Under the pieces are notes generated by a model. It saw only the letters and a list, made by a program, of their open reading frames with translations. It was not told the DNA's origin and searched no databases. A program made the translations under genes and the position numbers. From Lingula anatina (Eukaryota; Animalia; Brachiopoda), in contig CM120649.1 in NCBI GenBank assembly GCA_051362555.1, positions 9,672,001 to 9,736,000 on the forward strand: a DNA stretch of 64,000 nucleotides, given 5' to 3'. Positions 26,601-39,525 of this stretch are shown here, piece after piece (position 1 is the stretch's first letter; the number at the start of each line of letters is the position of its first letter).

Positions 26601-27774
26601 TAGGTGGTTGCATTGTAGGCCTAACCTTGTTCATTCTAGTCGACAGACTAAGCTAGAAGAAAGAAAAGATCATTATCGCCTCTCTTTACTTAGGAACAAT
26701 AAGGATGGCTAGTGGCAGCATTTAAAAGTTCTTTTATTTAGAAACTTTCCGATCCTTTGTCTGGGACTGCGTCCGAGAAACGGCGATAACGACAGAGACG
26801 TCCTCGAACATTTTGGACTCAGTGCAAATAAAAAAAAATTCGTTAAGAAGTAGCCTTTAAATGTCCTGGCAAATAATTTTGCGATGGCTCAGAGAGTTCT
26901 AGAATGAATGACAAGCAACGACATTAGGGTTAATAATAGACTAAAAACTATCAGAGTGTAGGCCTGTCTTACTTCATTTATAAGGCCATCTTGTGATACG
27001 AGTCATGCTACACTACAAAAGAGGGGGTAGCAGTGGATGATTTAATACAGGGATACCATCGATAGTATATCAATAGAAAATCGCAATCCTCAAATGTTTT
27101 TTAATTCATTAAATATAAACGGTCTTTTCTCGTACAATGGGTCTGGTATAGTTGTATTGGCCTATCAGTTGGAAACACGTGGTTCGTCTACAATTGCAAA
27201 TGGCGGAGGTGCCGTGGTAGTTATTGTCGTAAAATTAGCTGGATACGGTGCACGTGAGAAAATTATTCATTAAATTTAGTTTTCGAGCGTCAGCTTAATC
27301 TGGTAAAATGCGAGACGAAAAAAATGATAGATAGAGCCTTATGACCCACTGTAGAATGATGCCGAATAATACATCAACGACGTAGTTTATCGGCAGATAA
27401 ACGTGTTTCCATTCTCGGCTGACTGAGGAAAGGTTTGAGAGAGCATTTAAAGAAGAGGCGGTCGAACCAATAGTGAGTAGGAAGTGTGCTGCAATCAAGA
27501 CGAACAATACCGATCATAAGTGGACAGCTAATAACCCCTAATTAACCCCGGGTTACGCGCTGCTGTGTTGACTCCTTGCTGGGAAGGGGTAGCGGCCTCC
27601 TACTGCTGTGCGTAATCAAACATTGTCTTCTAACATGCGGCTACACGACGATTGCATTGTATTAATAAAGTAATACCTATTCATAAGGAAGGGGGCGGAT
27701 GGTAATCTTACGAGAATTAAATCAGTTATCGATCATACGCGTACCAATAGTCGTGTTTTTTTTTAGCTATACGG
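23636..27774. mobile_element. Non-autonomous TA-target TIR element (Tc1/mariner-pogo-like termini)
   Basis: TA|CACTATAGCTAA ... TTAGCTATACGG|TA. Removing it restores the Academ codons TTT GTA TGT TCT (FVCS). It has an internal ~600-bp diverged duplication (~25500-26620). Confidence 0.8.
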
Positions 27775-28433
27775 TACAAACAAAACCTGCATAATTTTAC
27801 CCACCTTTGACCTATTTAACCTACTCAAGTTGGGATCATTAACTATGTAACCATGCAACCTATTAACATTAACATAAATTTCCTCATACAACTTACAACT
27901 TAATTTTATCAAAATGTTTTTACCAAGGTACTCTCTGCTATCATACAAACCAAGCCCTATTTCTAGTACATCAGTATCTGGTGATATGATTATCATATTA
28001 TTTTCTGAACTATTCAGACTGTGAAGCCAGACTAAACTGTCCCCTTCTTCATGATTTGAACTAAATAAAGCATCCTCCCTAACAGAACCACTGACAGCTA
28101 ACTTGCATACGTCATTATAACTACCAGCTACACACAACCTAGTACTCCTATATCTTAGTGTGACTGTTCACAGTGAAACTGCAATAAGGTATCACCAAGG
28201 TAGGCTATTAGTTTACCCTTGTTAGATCTAGATATTGCTTAAAAAATCATTCCAGACTGCTGGTAAAGAGGTTTCATGAGTAATTTCTTCCACATTTAAT
28301 CCTAAGCAACCCTGATCTCTCCTATCATGTTCAACTTGTTTAGGATAATATTTACAGTATTTTTGTCCACTGGTTTATCGAAAACAACATGAATTTCCAC
28401 AATATCTTTGACTTTAAATAATTTAAGTATATT

Positions 28434-28603
28434 CTGGGGTAGCGCTAGCAATTTTTTTCACTGAGCCAAATCACCACATTTTTGTCAATTTGTTATCAAA
28501 ATGGTTATAATTTGGCTAAAACATCAAATCAAGCCCTTTTTCTTTAGCCAATTTAAGCCAATTTTAGCATTTGGCTAAATTGGTGAGTGTTAGCCTGCCC
28601 CAG
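28434..28603. mobile_element. Small hAT-like MITE within the Academ remnant
   Basis: Imperfect TIRs CTGGGGTAGCGCTAGCA / TGTTAGCCTGCCCCAG, with flanking ATATTC partly duplicated. Confidence 0.4.
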
Positions 28604-28916
28604 ATATTCCTATTGTAAAAAGATTGTGCATATTGTTTGAAAGTAATGGTAATGGTGGTGCTATTACCTGAAACATTGCATCAATAACTATGTTAGTATA
28701 GGCAATTTCTTTAGGGAACCCTGTATTAAAAGCTTGTGGGTAATTTGATTGAAAAAAAATGTCTTGATAAAGACTTATTTCTTTTATAGGGGGGGTCCAT
28801 CTTCTCCATAGGGGGATCCATCTTCTCCACATAAAGCTAAAGGGATTGGTATTATTTGTTGAACATTTAGTGCTAGTGCTTTTTCCTTTTTTTGCCCAAT
28901 TAAGCTGTTTCCTAAA

Positions 28917-29240
28917 AAGGATAATAACTCTTCATATGAGATCTATATTTCACAATAAAAACATTGTGAACAACTCATAGAAATATGATATACCACAAAA
29001 ACGGCAGTTATAGCTATTATTCTGATATCTGAGCTTGTCTTTAGACCACGTGACCTCCACTGATGGCTATTCTCTGTTATAATATCTTAAGAGATTAAAA
29101 CAAAAAACACACTTTTAAGAAAAAAACAGGTACTAACTTTGAATGTAAAAATGGATTCATTACCATTGGTAAGTATGGGAAAAGTGTTGTTTACTCCAGG
29201 AAAATTCATTTTTTGTCCAAAGTGAAGAGTTATTATCCCT
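28917..29240. mobile_element. Kolobok-like MITE
   Basis: GGATAATAACTCTTCA ... TGAAGAGTTATTATCCCT|TTAA; the left TTAA is degenerate. Confidence 0.55.
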
Positions 29241-29329
29241 TTAAGGACGCTCTCTCATATTTCAGATTTCATATTTCTGCCCTAGCGATTTTGATTAAAA
29301 TTGTAAGACAAAATCATCTTACCATTCAT

Positions 29330-30112
29330 GAAAAGTAGGTAAAGGTGAATTTCAAGGTCACAGTTAGATAGCCAGTATATGACTTCCTATTCAAGTTCAA
29401 TAGTAACCATGGGCATTTCTTTGCCCGTTTTGGAGATATAAGGGACTAAAATGTTGCAAAGTTAAGTTCGTGGTGAAAAGAAGGTCAAAGGTCAATTTCA
29501 AGGTCACAGTCAAATTGCCAGTATATGACTTCCTATTCAACTTCAATAGTAACTATGGACCTATCTCTGCCAGTTTTGGAGATATAGGGGACTAAATGTT
29601 ACAATTTTGGAGTTACAATAATGTGCCATAAATTTCCAACAAAAAAATTAATTGAAATAAAGAATAATTCTTGAAATGGGAGGTGCTCAGAAGTTCTAGA
29701 TGTTCAAATTTCATAAAATAATGGCATTTTTGACCCAAAGTTGTCTGCCTTGCCAAGCCTTATATTTTATTTTCCAGGTCAAATCCAAGGGCATATTTGA
29801 AATCTCCACATATAATTGACTTTCAGTCGGCGGTCTGTAGAAATTTTTCTCATAATTCCTTCGATATGGTAGATAATTAGCATTTAATTTTGCCATTTTT
29901 GGACAAGGGTGCACTGCAATGAGCACCACACCTAGACCCCAGCACCGAAAGAGCCCAAATTTAACGTGGAACGAATTGAGATTATAGGTGACCTAAATCC
30001 AAGAGATGGGTATGCAGGCCCTTGTAGTCTAGGAGGAGAAGTGGTAACGGTAACATGGTGGCAGAGAGGGCGGAATGATCCGGACGGGACTAAAACCATG
30101 CCGGTGGTACAA
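29330..30112 (-). mobile_element. HINE copy (same family as 46816), 5' end plus 146-bp satellite units; a further unit lies at ~22460-22590
   Basis: The reverse complement starts TTGTACCACC...CATGGTTTTAGTCCCGTCCGG and aligns by eye to 46816-47117 and 48902-49300. Confidence 0.8.
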
Positions 30113-30152
30113 TAACAAAGCTGAGTGCAAAAAAAAAAAACGTTTTCTGTAC

Positions 30153-31659
30153 CTTTTTACAGATAGACCATACTTTTTCTTCAGTCGGGACCACATACCA
30201 CGATAACCAAGACATCTGCCAGTTCCTTCAAGTTCTTCCTGCAAAGGTTTTACATCAAAACAGCCTCAGAAAATGAAAATCCATTTTCACATGTTTAGTG
30301 ACAGTACATGAAAAACAAGCATTTAAACCACATTTTCACAAGATTCTACATAATTAATAAACCACATTCTCAAATAAAAAAAAATAGATTACAATAAAGA
30401 CAATGATTACAAACAGTCTAATTCTTACATAAAACCCATTATAATTAAAATAATCAATAGTAAAATAGTAATAAATAATATTATAGAATAGTAAATTGTA
30501 AAATGCATCTTCTATAATTATCCAAGCTTATAAACTACATTATTTGCAACAAGGCATGTAAGGCAACTGAAAATGTTGCTTAAAACATGAGTTACTAATT
30601 TAATAAACCCTATCTTCACTGTAGTGGAGTAAGAGTTACCCCCTGATACTGATTTAACAAAAAATAATTTAAATTTTGGATTTGGTAAACATAATAATAT
30701 TAACAGAGTGTTCATTGGGCTCAACGACTGGTATATTGCACTGTTTGTCAATTCATTTCAGGAGCTGAGATCATAAGCTGGACATCAAATTTTTGCATAG
30801 AAAAAAAACAGGCATTCCTCAGTGTAACATGCTATAAAGACTAAAATGAGCAAAAAAAGACACCCTGGTGAATAGCACGAAATTCATGCACTACATGTAG
30901 CACTCCTATTGACAATTCAGATATAGGCAAAGCATATCAGAATCACCAGTAAGAATTGCTTGTACATGAATTTTGCACTACCTGGTGCAAAATGAGAATA
31001 AAGGCCAAAACTTGCAGAAGTTTTCAAATTTAACTACATGTATGAGTTAGCAGGATATTTAACATTTTACAATCATATAGTTTCTCTTTAGAAGACTCAC
31101 TCTCATTGCATGAATCACTTCAGGTAAATCCTCTTCAATTGATTTTCTTCTTAAGTTCAATTTGACAAGACGTACGTTTCCTCAAGTATGATTCACTAAG
31201 TATGAAATGAGAAAATATGTATATATACATTGTACAACAATCTAAATAAATACAAAACATGCAAATATATCTTTAACATAGAATGTTTAAATATGCAAGA
31301 ATGCAAAAGTTTGATGATGGGGGGGGGGGGGAGAGAGAGAAAGGAGGGAGCAAAGATGACATCTTTTTGCAATATAAAATACAAATAAATAAATGTGCAA
31401 ATCCCTCGAGGCTTAATTAAGCACTGAAAACTGGTATTACATAAGACTACATCCGGATACTCCCCCGCACCGACGTGACCCCTTGCATAATCAGTTACAA
31501 TAATTAAGTTTGATGATTGAGGATACTAACCTTTCCAGTACCATATCATAGGAAAAGTTACACTCACCTTACATAGGTACCATGGGCAAGTGACAAAGTT
31601 TTAGCAATCTCAGTTGCTGTGTATCCTGCTTTGAAATAATAACTAATAAGATTTTCCAT
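30153..31659 (-). pseudogene. IS3EU transposase N-terminal exons (catalytic core missing)
   Basis: Exon 31659-31568 reads MENLISYYFKAGYTATEIAKTLSLAHG. A degenerate exon lies near 31100-31195. Exon 30238-30153 reads EELEGTGRCLGYRGMWSRLKKKYGLSVKR, the HTH region typical of this integrase-like family. Confidence 0.72.
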
Positions 31660-33111
31660 TGCTTGCTTTCCGTGTGCCAAATGTGCAGAAGTTCCGCAGC
31701 AAAAAGCTGTCCGCAGAAAAAAGTCGAAAAGTCAAAAACTCGAAAACTCTAAAAGTCGCAAACTCTAAAAGTCGAAAACTCGAAAAGTCGAAATATCCAA
31801 TAGGGGCCACCATAGTTCACCATCTCGTTCTACAACCACACAGTGTCAGCAAAGGTCAGTGCAACAACAATATTGCCCTACTGCTGATTCTATTCAATCC
31901 CTTTCTGACCTCGCCACTATATGTTGTAACTGAGAAATAATCAATTGTAAATGGGTCATTGAGATCCAAATCAGATTTTGATATGTTCAAGGTGACAAGG
32001 GTTAATGTTAACTGTTTGGAGTTGAGGGGCGAGGGTTCGCTTAGCAAAAATCTTGATATAAAGAAAAATTTAATGTATAAATCTTGATGCCTTTGCATTG
32101 TCTGTTGAGACATTGAATGTGTCTATATGTATTCTGATCACTGTCTATGTCTTTATTGTCACTGTATGTGTTTATTATATTATAATAATTTTGCATGATC
32201 ACACATTTTTTGAAAATGGCCCAATTGTTTTGACCAAGTGGGCCAAAGTGGCCCTACGAGATTTTGACTCAGGGATAAGGATCCCTGTTATTCTAAGGAA
32301 ATTCCAATGAATTTACTTTATAAAACATAAAATCAATAGAATGTTTCTAATATAAATTTTCAAAAGAACACCATAGGGCAAATTTAATTAAATCAACCAG
32401 CAGGTAAACACTGGGAGGCTTTGTCAATTTCAATAACTAGTTCATTTCAAACTGCAGTTTTCATGCTTGCGCAGTCGTTTGAATCCTGTGTTATTGTGTG
32501 AGCAATTATTTTGAATGAATTATAGAAATCAATTTGTTCATTTTTCTTTGGTTCGTCACATATTTTCTATTTCAAGATATGATACTTTACTGCTTGGGGA
32601 TGCTCTTCCCATATTGCTGCATTTTACAATGTTTGATTTGTCCACTTGGCAGCAGCACCTTACAGTGAAGCTGAAGTCTTCATTAAATCTTAATGATGTC
32701 TTGGTGTGTTTCGTGTGTGTGTGTGTGTGTGTGAAAGAGAGAAAGAGTTAGTGTGTGTGTGTGTGTTCAATCTTGATGTCTTGGTGTGTTTCTTGTCTGC
32801 CTGTGTGTGTGTGTGTGTGTGAGAGAGAGAAAGAGTGAAAGAGTTAGTGTGTGTGTGTGTGTGTTAGAGAGATAGAGAGAAGGGGGAGTGAGAGAGAGAA
32901 CTTGTTTGTGGGAGGGTGTGGTAAGAGAGATAGAGAATTTAGTATTAAAAAAGCTCAAAGAACTTCAAAATTGATTTTAAAAAACTAAACACAATAATTC
33001 TATGTCAATGGGGCTATACGCGGAGCCGTTTGTCCTAAAGAGGGCGCTGGGGTAATAGTGGTTATTGAAGATAGCCTCGTTTTCGCGTCCGTGTAGAAAT
33101 GGCTTTAGAGT

Positions 33112-33200
33112 ATGGAAAGCAAACGGTTGGCGAAGTTAAAATTTCAACTAGTTGAGAGAGGAGCCCCCACAAGAGGAAAGAAACTGGATTTGATAGAAAG
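33112..33200 (+). pseudogene. SAP-domain first exon of the ISL2EU accessory (YqaJ-like exonuclease) gene
   Basis: LAKLKFQLVERGAPTRGKKLDLIERL matches the SAP consensus, followed by a GT donor. Confidence 0.7.
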
Positions 33201-34159
33201 GTTAGTGTATTTACTTATAAATGTGTCAACAGTATCACTTACATTGAAGGTTTCGCGCTCGAATCTTCCTGTAAAATATGGGTTTCTGTGTGAGCTCCCT
33301 GTCAAAAGCCAGGTGTAGGCGGCGGCTACTTCCGCACTACTTATATGCCTAATTTAGTACTTTTATTCATGATAATGATATTGTCATTGCATATTTCCAT
33401 ATTCCGAGAATATATTGAACGTATTTATGTTTAAAATATGTTTATTGTAGGCACTCCTAGCCGATAAAGGACCGTCCGTTTCGGTAATCAAATTTCGTGT
33501 ACCAGGTCCGACATTTAACACATTTAACAACGCAAATTTGTGAAGGAGAAACAAGGGTTGATGCGTGTTTTATGTCAATGACAGTTGACGTAACTAAGTG
33601 TAGATGAGGTAGACAATCAAAACAGTGTTTGCCAAGAATGTTAGCATCGTTTTGTTAGCATCATTGTTTTTTTTCACTCCCTCATAACCTTGCATTGATG
33701 TTGGTAGGTCACAGAGAAGGAAGTGTCAGAACTTGAAAACAGAACTAGAGGCCAAAGTAAAAGTCGAGTGTGGCATGAAGAAAGATCATGGAGAATAACA
33801 GCATCGAGGTAGGTGTGCAAACGAAAATAAGTTTGCTAGTTTTTTACTTGTTCAAATGTCTTGTATCAATATCATGTTGCTTGAGCTACTATGTACCTGT
33901 AGTTGCATTATGATACAGAAATACAAGTTGTGAGATGATACTCAGTATATCATGGTTTGAAGGTCAAAATTTTATGCTATGAATTAATGTACAATTTCAT
34001 TTTGCATTTGAAATACAAATTGAAAAGAACAGTATAAAAACATATCTCACTAATTTAATCATTTTTAGGTTTGGTGATATTTTGAAGGCAACCGAAAGAC
34101 GAGACAAGGACAAATTATGCCAGTCACTCTTGTTTACCCATGAAATCAATACTCCATAT

Positions 34160-35535
34160 TTCTTAAAATTTACAGACATATAGTCGTCAACAATGTCACG
34201 TTCTGGCCAAATGTTCATTTCCTTGAGCTGGAAAAACATAAAGTTCATCCATGTGCTTATTATTTCTGACACTGTTGATTCCAATAGCTTGAAACGGAGA
34301 ACTAAATAATAATCATCAAAGGCTTGTCTCAGTTTCATAATGGTCAAAGACATTGGTCCTCTGGTGACAAACATTTGAAATTCAAGTGGTGAGCTGCTGG
34401 CCCAAGGCAATTGAAAAACAACATGAAGTGTTCAAAATGACTAAATCCAGTTGGATACTGGACAGCCTTTGCATTTTTCTGGTACAGCATGATGCTTTCT
34501 CTTGTGTCTGATGGTGTAGAGATATCACACTGGGAAGTTGTACTTTCTTTTTGGCTCTCACCAGAGCAGTCTTCATGTTTGTCTTCCACTGCTTCATCTG
34601 CTTGAAAATCAACCTATAGGATACAACAAAAAATAAATACATAAGTTAATAAATTACACAAAGAAAAATACTTCATGTATTAATTAACACATAAAATCAG
34701 TGTAGATGACAGAAATGACGCAGATCTGACTGCCTCTCGTCCCCTTTAGTCCGTCTCTAGTATTTCTAGTATTTACACAGATAATTATACAAATAATAAG
34801 AAACATTTTATTTATAAATCTGTTATTATATCATGCGTTATATTTACCTCCATTACATGAATATAATCAGGAGCTGTTGGTACTGTCACCGGATCTGATA
34901 CTTTGCGGCGTTTAGCAAGACGGCTAGTACGTGATGATGGTACGTCTTTCACTTTATTAAATGGAAATATGGATGGTATCGTTCCTGGCTTCAGTCTTTT
35001 TCTCTCATCTGCAAAAGGAGTGCACATAACGATTATTAATACAATAAAAATCAAGTTGTCTTAATTTGAAAACGTGGCCTTTAAAAAACATCATGGATTA
35101 TCACATAAAAACGAAGAAATAATTGTATTGGCTGGTCGGGGTTGACCTGGGCTCGGAAGCTTAGTCGGTAGAGTCTTTTCTCCCCCCAAATCGCTACATA
35201 ATGTTAGGTGAAGGATGTCTTTAAAATTATCATACTAAGCATGTTAAACGACATAATTACTTAAACATCGATAACAAAGACCTGATGAATAAGTTGACAA
35301 ACTCATTAATACTAAAAGCGACAACAGCAAGTACAACTTACGTAGAAGTGTAATCTTCCTAACAAAAGTGGAGGAAACGGACTTTGTCATGTGCCTTTGG
35401 TTTCCATAGTGTTTTTGATGTAGAATCCACCCTCCTGATGGCAACTCTCCACTGGTAACTCAGCTTTGTGTCTTTCGGAAAAGAATGAGCTCCTGTTGAC
35501 GATGTACATTCTGGAACACAACAGTATCCTGGCAT
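34160..35535 (-). pseudogene. THAP + HTH transposase remnant (DDE domain deleted)
   Basis: MPGYCCVPEC...SFPKD...QWRVAIRR...LHF; exon RLKPGTIPSIFPF; and LSPEDQCL/LTIMKLRQ...RF...STVSEIISTW...IWPERDIV, an HTH_Tnp_4-like region. Frameshifts and stops are present. Confidence 0.8.
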
Positions 35536-36432
35536 TATTTAGAGCGATATTTACAGCGTCAGATTAAAAATGAAACTGCAAACACACGAGAAAGTACGCG
35601 CATGCGCAAAAGTACCCCAACTAAAACACGCGCGCCACCCAGTGGTGAAAAAAACTGATAGCCCCATTTTGAAAGTTGTATTATTTTTAAAATACAAAAA
35701 CAGAAAAATCTGACATTTTGTTAAAACAAAAAGTGTTCAGCTTATCCATTATTTTAGAACTAATAAATAATTACATAACACGTACATGACCAGGAGAATA
35801 ATCTCTTTATATCTGTAATATTCTGTCATTATATCATGCATACTCAGTTTTAGATATGCTCAAGATGACTTTAAAGGGTTAATGTGAACTGTTGAGATTT
35901 GGGTGGGGGTGGGAGGGAGTTGTGCGCTTAGCAAAATTTTTGATATAGACAAAATTTAATGTATACATTCTGATGCTTGTGCATTGTCTGCTGTGACATT
36001 AAATGAGTCTGTATGTATTCTGCTGAACTCATCTCAGCCTCACATCATCAGCACAGGTCAGTTCAACAACGATGTTGCTACACTGTTGATTCTCTTCAAT
36101 CCCATTGTGAACATTGCCGCTATATGTTTTAGCTGAGAAATCATCATTTTGGAAAAAGGTGAATTAGATCCCACTCAGTTTTATACATATTCAAGGTGAC
36201 AATTAAGGGATAATATAAACTGTTTAGGGGCAGGGGTGTGCTCAGCAAAAATCTTGATATAAACAAAATTTAATGTATAAATTCTGATGCCTGTTCATTG
36301 TCTGTTGTGACATTGAATGTGTCTGCATGCATGTATTCTGATCACTGTCTATGTCCTTATTGGTGCTGTATATGTTTATTATAATATAATAATATATTTT
36401 GATCACTGTGTTATGTCTGTGTTGTAACTAAC

Positions 36433-36503
<71 letters not shown>

Positions 36504-36506
<3 letters not shown>

Positions 36507-38624
36507 GTCATTCTTTGCTAGTGGTTACAAAATGTTGAATTTGACCGAAAATTTCAAACTTTCTCTGGGAAGCTGTAATTTTGCGATGTGATAGCTACAC
36601 CATCACAGTTTATCATTTCATAAAAAGGGAAACAGCAGCTGCCCTTTTTAGGGCACACAGGAGAGTTGAACAGCTATACCCACCAAATCCAAGACGCGTT
36701 ACCCTGGGTAATATATTTTGCACAAACTAATGAAAGTCTAATGGAATGTTTTCAGTTTTAGTTTAAATCATAAGGGGGTGTTGTCTCAATGCTTCAAAAC
36801 TGGTTTTGAAGAATTTAATCCACATTTCATAATTAATAAAAATGGTGAATATGTGGGTCACGGTAACGTTATTGACGCGGGTACAAAAACTTTTTATAAT
36901 CATGTAAATAATAACAATATTTTTTCTATTATCCATACACACTTCATTCATGAGGGGCACACCACTTTCACATGCTTTTAAAATGGAATTGACAAACACA
37001 GAGGAATAATGCACATATTTTATTTACTGTAACTCTGTCATATGGGACACACACTGAACAAAGTTGATCTAAAGAATGTTCCAGATTGTAGTTTTTTATC
37101 AGAACTATTATTTTTTTATTATTATTTTAACACAATAAAGTTCAGTTAAATACAAAATTTAACAAAATGAAGTTCAGTGTAACACAAAGTTCATAATTAT
37201 AACATTCTTCCTGACATATGTAGACCAATGGTGATATCTGTTCTGTGCTCACTAAGGCATCCACCCTTGGATTCTGAAAAAAAATCACACAAAGAATCTG
37301 TTAACTCTGATAACAAACAATGGATAACCTAAGATCACAAATAGTTTATTGCTTATTCAAGCAAAGTACAGTGCATTATGAGTGGCAAACACGCATTACT
37401 GAGACACATTTTCTTCACCCATTTTCGGTGCTTCATTGCGTAACATAAGTGTTGCTAGTAATCCATTATTGCCGTTTTTACAGATGGTTAAATTTTAAAC
37501 GCACGGAATACAGTGTAGCAGCTTAATTTAAGACAAAACTAAAAAAAAGTAATTCAATTTCGATGATTGAGTTTTCGAGAACAAGAAAACATGAATACGG
37601 TATCACCGCGTCACCATGTTCAATATGACCTTTAGTCCCCCATGTGAAACAGACGCAAAACGAAAGTTCAGACGAAGTCACCCTACTTATAGAATGGTAA
37701 AAATCAATCGGTACACAAATATGTTGAAAAATGAAACGAAACTCATTATTTCTCACCTTCATACAAAGAAGATCCCAATAAACAATCCTGTGACGGTTAA
37801 ATCGAGGGAATTACACCTGTGCCCTGCATCCTATCTCGACAGCGTCATTGCGGGACATGTTATCAGAATGGGCCACCCGCCAGTTTGAGCTGTTTTTTTT
37901 TAGTGTGTAAAAGAAGCCATTCGTGTGTAGACGTCATCAGTTAGTGAGTATGGAAGAAGATCGCTATCGATGTATAATTTTCACGCGGCATTTTAAAGTC
38001 GTCTGATAAGAATCGATCTCTGAAGTTTCAGCATTGCGAACGTAATATTGGGACGCGGTGAAGAAATATCGACCTTGCTGAGCAATAAATGTGAAATTCT
38101 TAAGAAAACTGATATTATCATTATTTCGTGACACAAACTAACCGATATACTACTTTGGACGATTGAACAGTTTTAATACGGAAAGATAGGATTAGATGAA
38201 ATTTTCATCGGGGTGGGACACCGCATGTATCGTAAGTTAAGCTAATTTTGTGATCATTTTTCAGTGACTTCAAATAAATTTTTATTTAAATAACCATTTG
38301 CACATTCTGTTTATTATATCTTCTTGCAGTAAGTGTATTCCCTGCTTCAATAATTCATTCAAACCCTAAACAAACTGTTCCTAAATAGAGGTAGGGTCGA
38401 AATACCACAAAAAAAGACGCCATTTTGAGGGTAATTTCGATATATATTTTCTGCTTTTTCTCTTCTTTTGCTTTTATAACAATATCCTCCTTGCTCATGC
38501 AGCTTCTTTGATTTGTTATTGAAACATACACAACGATGTCATGAGAATTTGGTCGGCTATCTAAATTTAAATAACATTCTTGTTATGGTCCCCCCGCAGT
38601 GCACCACTAGCAAAGAATGACTGA
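36504..38624. mobile_element. Non-autonomous TIR element inserted in the (TA)n tract
   Basis: 21-bp TIRs TC(T/A)GTCATTCTTTGCTAGTGG at 36504-36524 and 38604-38624, with TA repeats on both sides (TA versus AT TSD is ambiguous). Confidence 0.85.
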
Positions 38625-39525
38625 TATATATTCTATTGATGATTTATTATCTATTTTCAGTAGAAATGAATGTGTGTTTCCTGGATTATCATCACACTGA
38701 AGACAGTTGAATTCATCTCTTCACCATAGCGTTCTTCAACCACACAGTGTCAGCAAAGGTCAGTGCAACAACAATATTGCCCTACTGCTGATTCTATTCA
38801 ATCCCTTTCTGACGATCGCCACTATATGTTGTAACTGAGAAATAATCAATTGTAAATGGGTCATTGAGATCCAAATCAGATTTTGATATGTTCAAGGTGA
38901 CAAGGGTTAATGTTAACTGTTTGGAGTTGGGGGGCGAGGGTTTGCTTAGCAAAAATATTGATATAAACAAAATTTCATGTATAAATCTTGATGCCTTTGT
39001 ATGGAACGCCATTCACGCAAAAAATACACCACGCAATTTAAGAGTGTATTTTTTTTCAAAAGTGTATTTTTTTCTAACAATGTAGTCGAATCATTTAATA
39101 ATGTAGTCCCGTAATCTTATAAAATACACCACGCAATTTAAGAGTGTATTTTTTTTCAAAAGTGTATTTTTTTCTAACAATGTAGTCGGATCATTTAATA
39201 ATGTAGTCCCGTAATCTTATAATGTAGTACCACTCGTCAAAAGTGTAACGTCGCGCCAAAAGTTTAATCCCGCAAGAATAGTAATGACATCATTAGACAC
39301 CAGATGGCGCAGCGATCTGTTGTTGTATTATCTGTTGGCTATCTTGGAAAAGCGCCACCTATCGTGAGGTCCGCAACTCATTGCGGAGAATTCAGTATCC
39401 ATGATCAGCAAATCTGAGAGCCACGTGCGGTTTGAGACAGACCTGGGCGGACAATTTACGGTTTTACGCTGAAGTTGTGGTTATATCGCAGTGGTTTTGG
39501 TTGTCTCGGGGAACCACGTGTCATC

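Larger units (their letters stand above)
23250..28910 (-). pseudogene. Academ transposase remnant (XPG/PIN-like nuclease region), split by a 4.1-kb insertion
   Basis: Motifs in order on the minus strand: PLALCGEDG, IVIDAMF, EIHVVFDKP, SNHEEGDSLVWLH, SPDTDV, IMQVLFV. After the insert the frame continues CSGCDYVSFFRGFGKKT (H3TH motif). Confidence 0.8.
20170..31814 (-). mobile_element. IS3EU-type DNA transposon A (decayed, heavily nested), 6-bp TSD GTTCAC
   Basis: TIRs TATGGTGGCCCCTATTGGATATTTCGACTTTTCGA... (~100 bp with CGACTTTT subrepeats) at both ends. GTTCAC at 20164-20169 and 31815-31820. The empty site CATCTGTTCACCATCTCG is seen in other satellite units. Confidence 0.88.
33010..35665. mobile_element. 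ISL2EU/IS4EU-type (Harbinger-related) transposon, internally deleted, AT TSD
   Basis: AT|GGGGCTAT...ATAGCCCC|AT in the satellite site TATGCCAATTTTG, with convergent SAP-domain and THAP-transposase gene remnants. Confidence 0.85.

Noticed and set aside
31659-31940. Lys/Ser-rich ORF (SRKVKNSKTLK...)
   Set aside because: It is the translation of CGACTTTT subrepeats in the IS3EU-A TIR running into satellite DNA.
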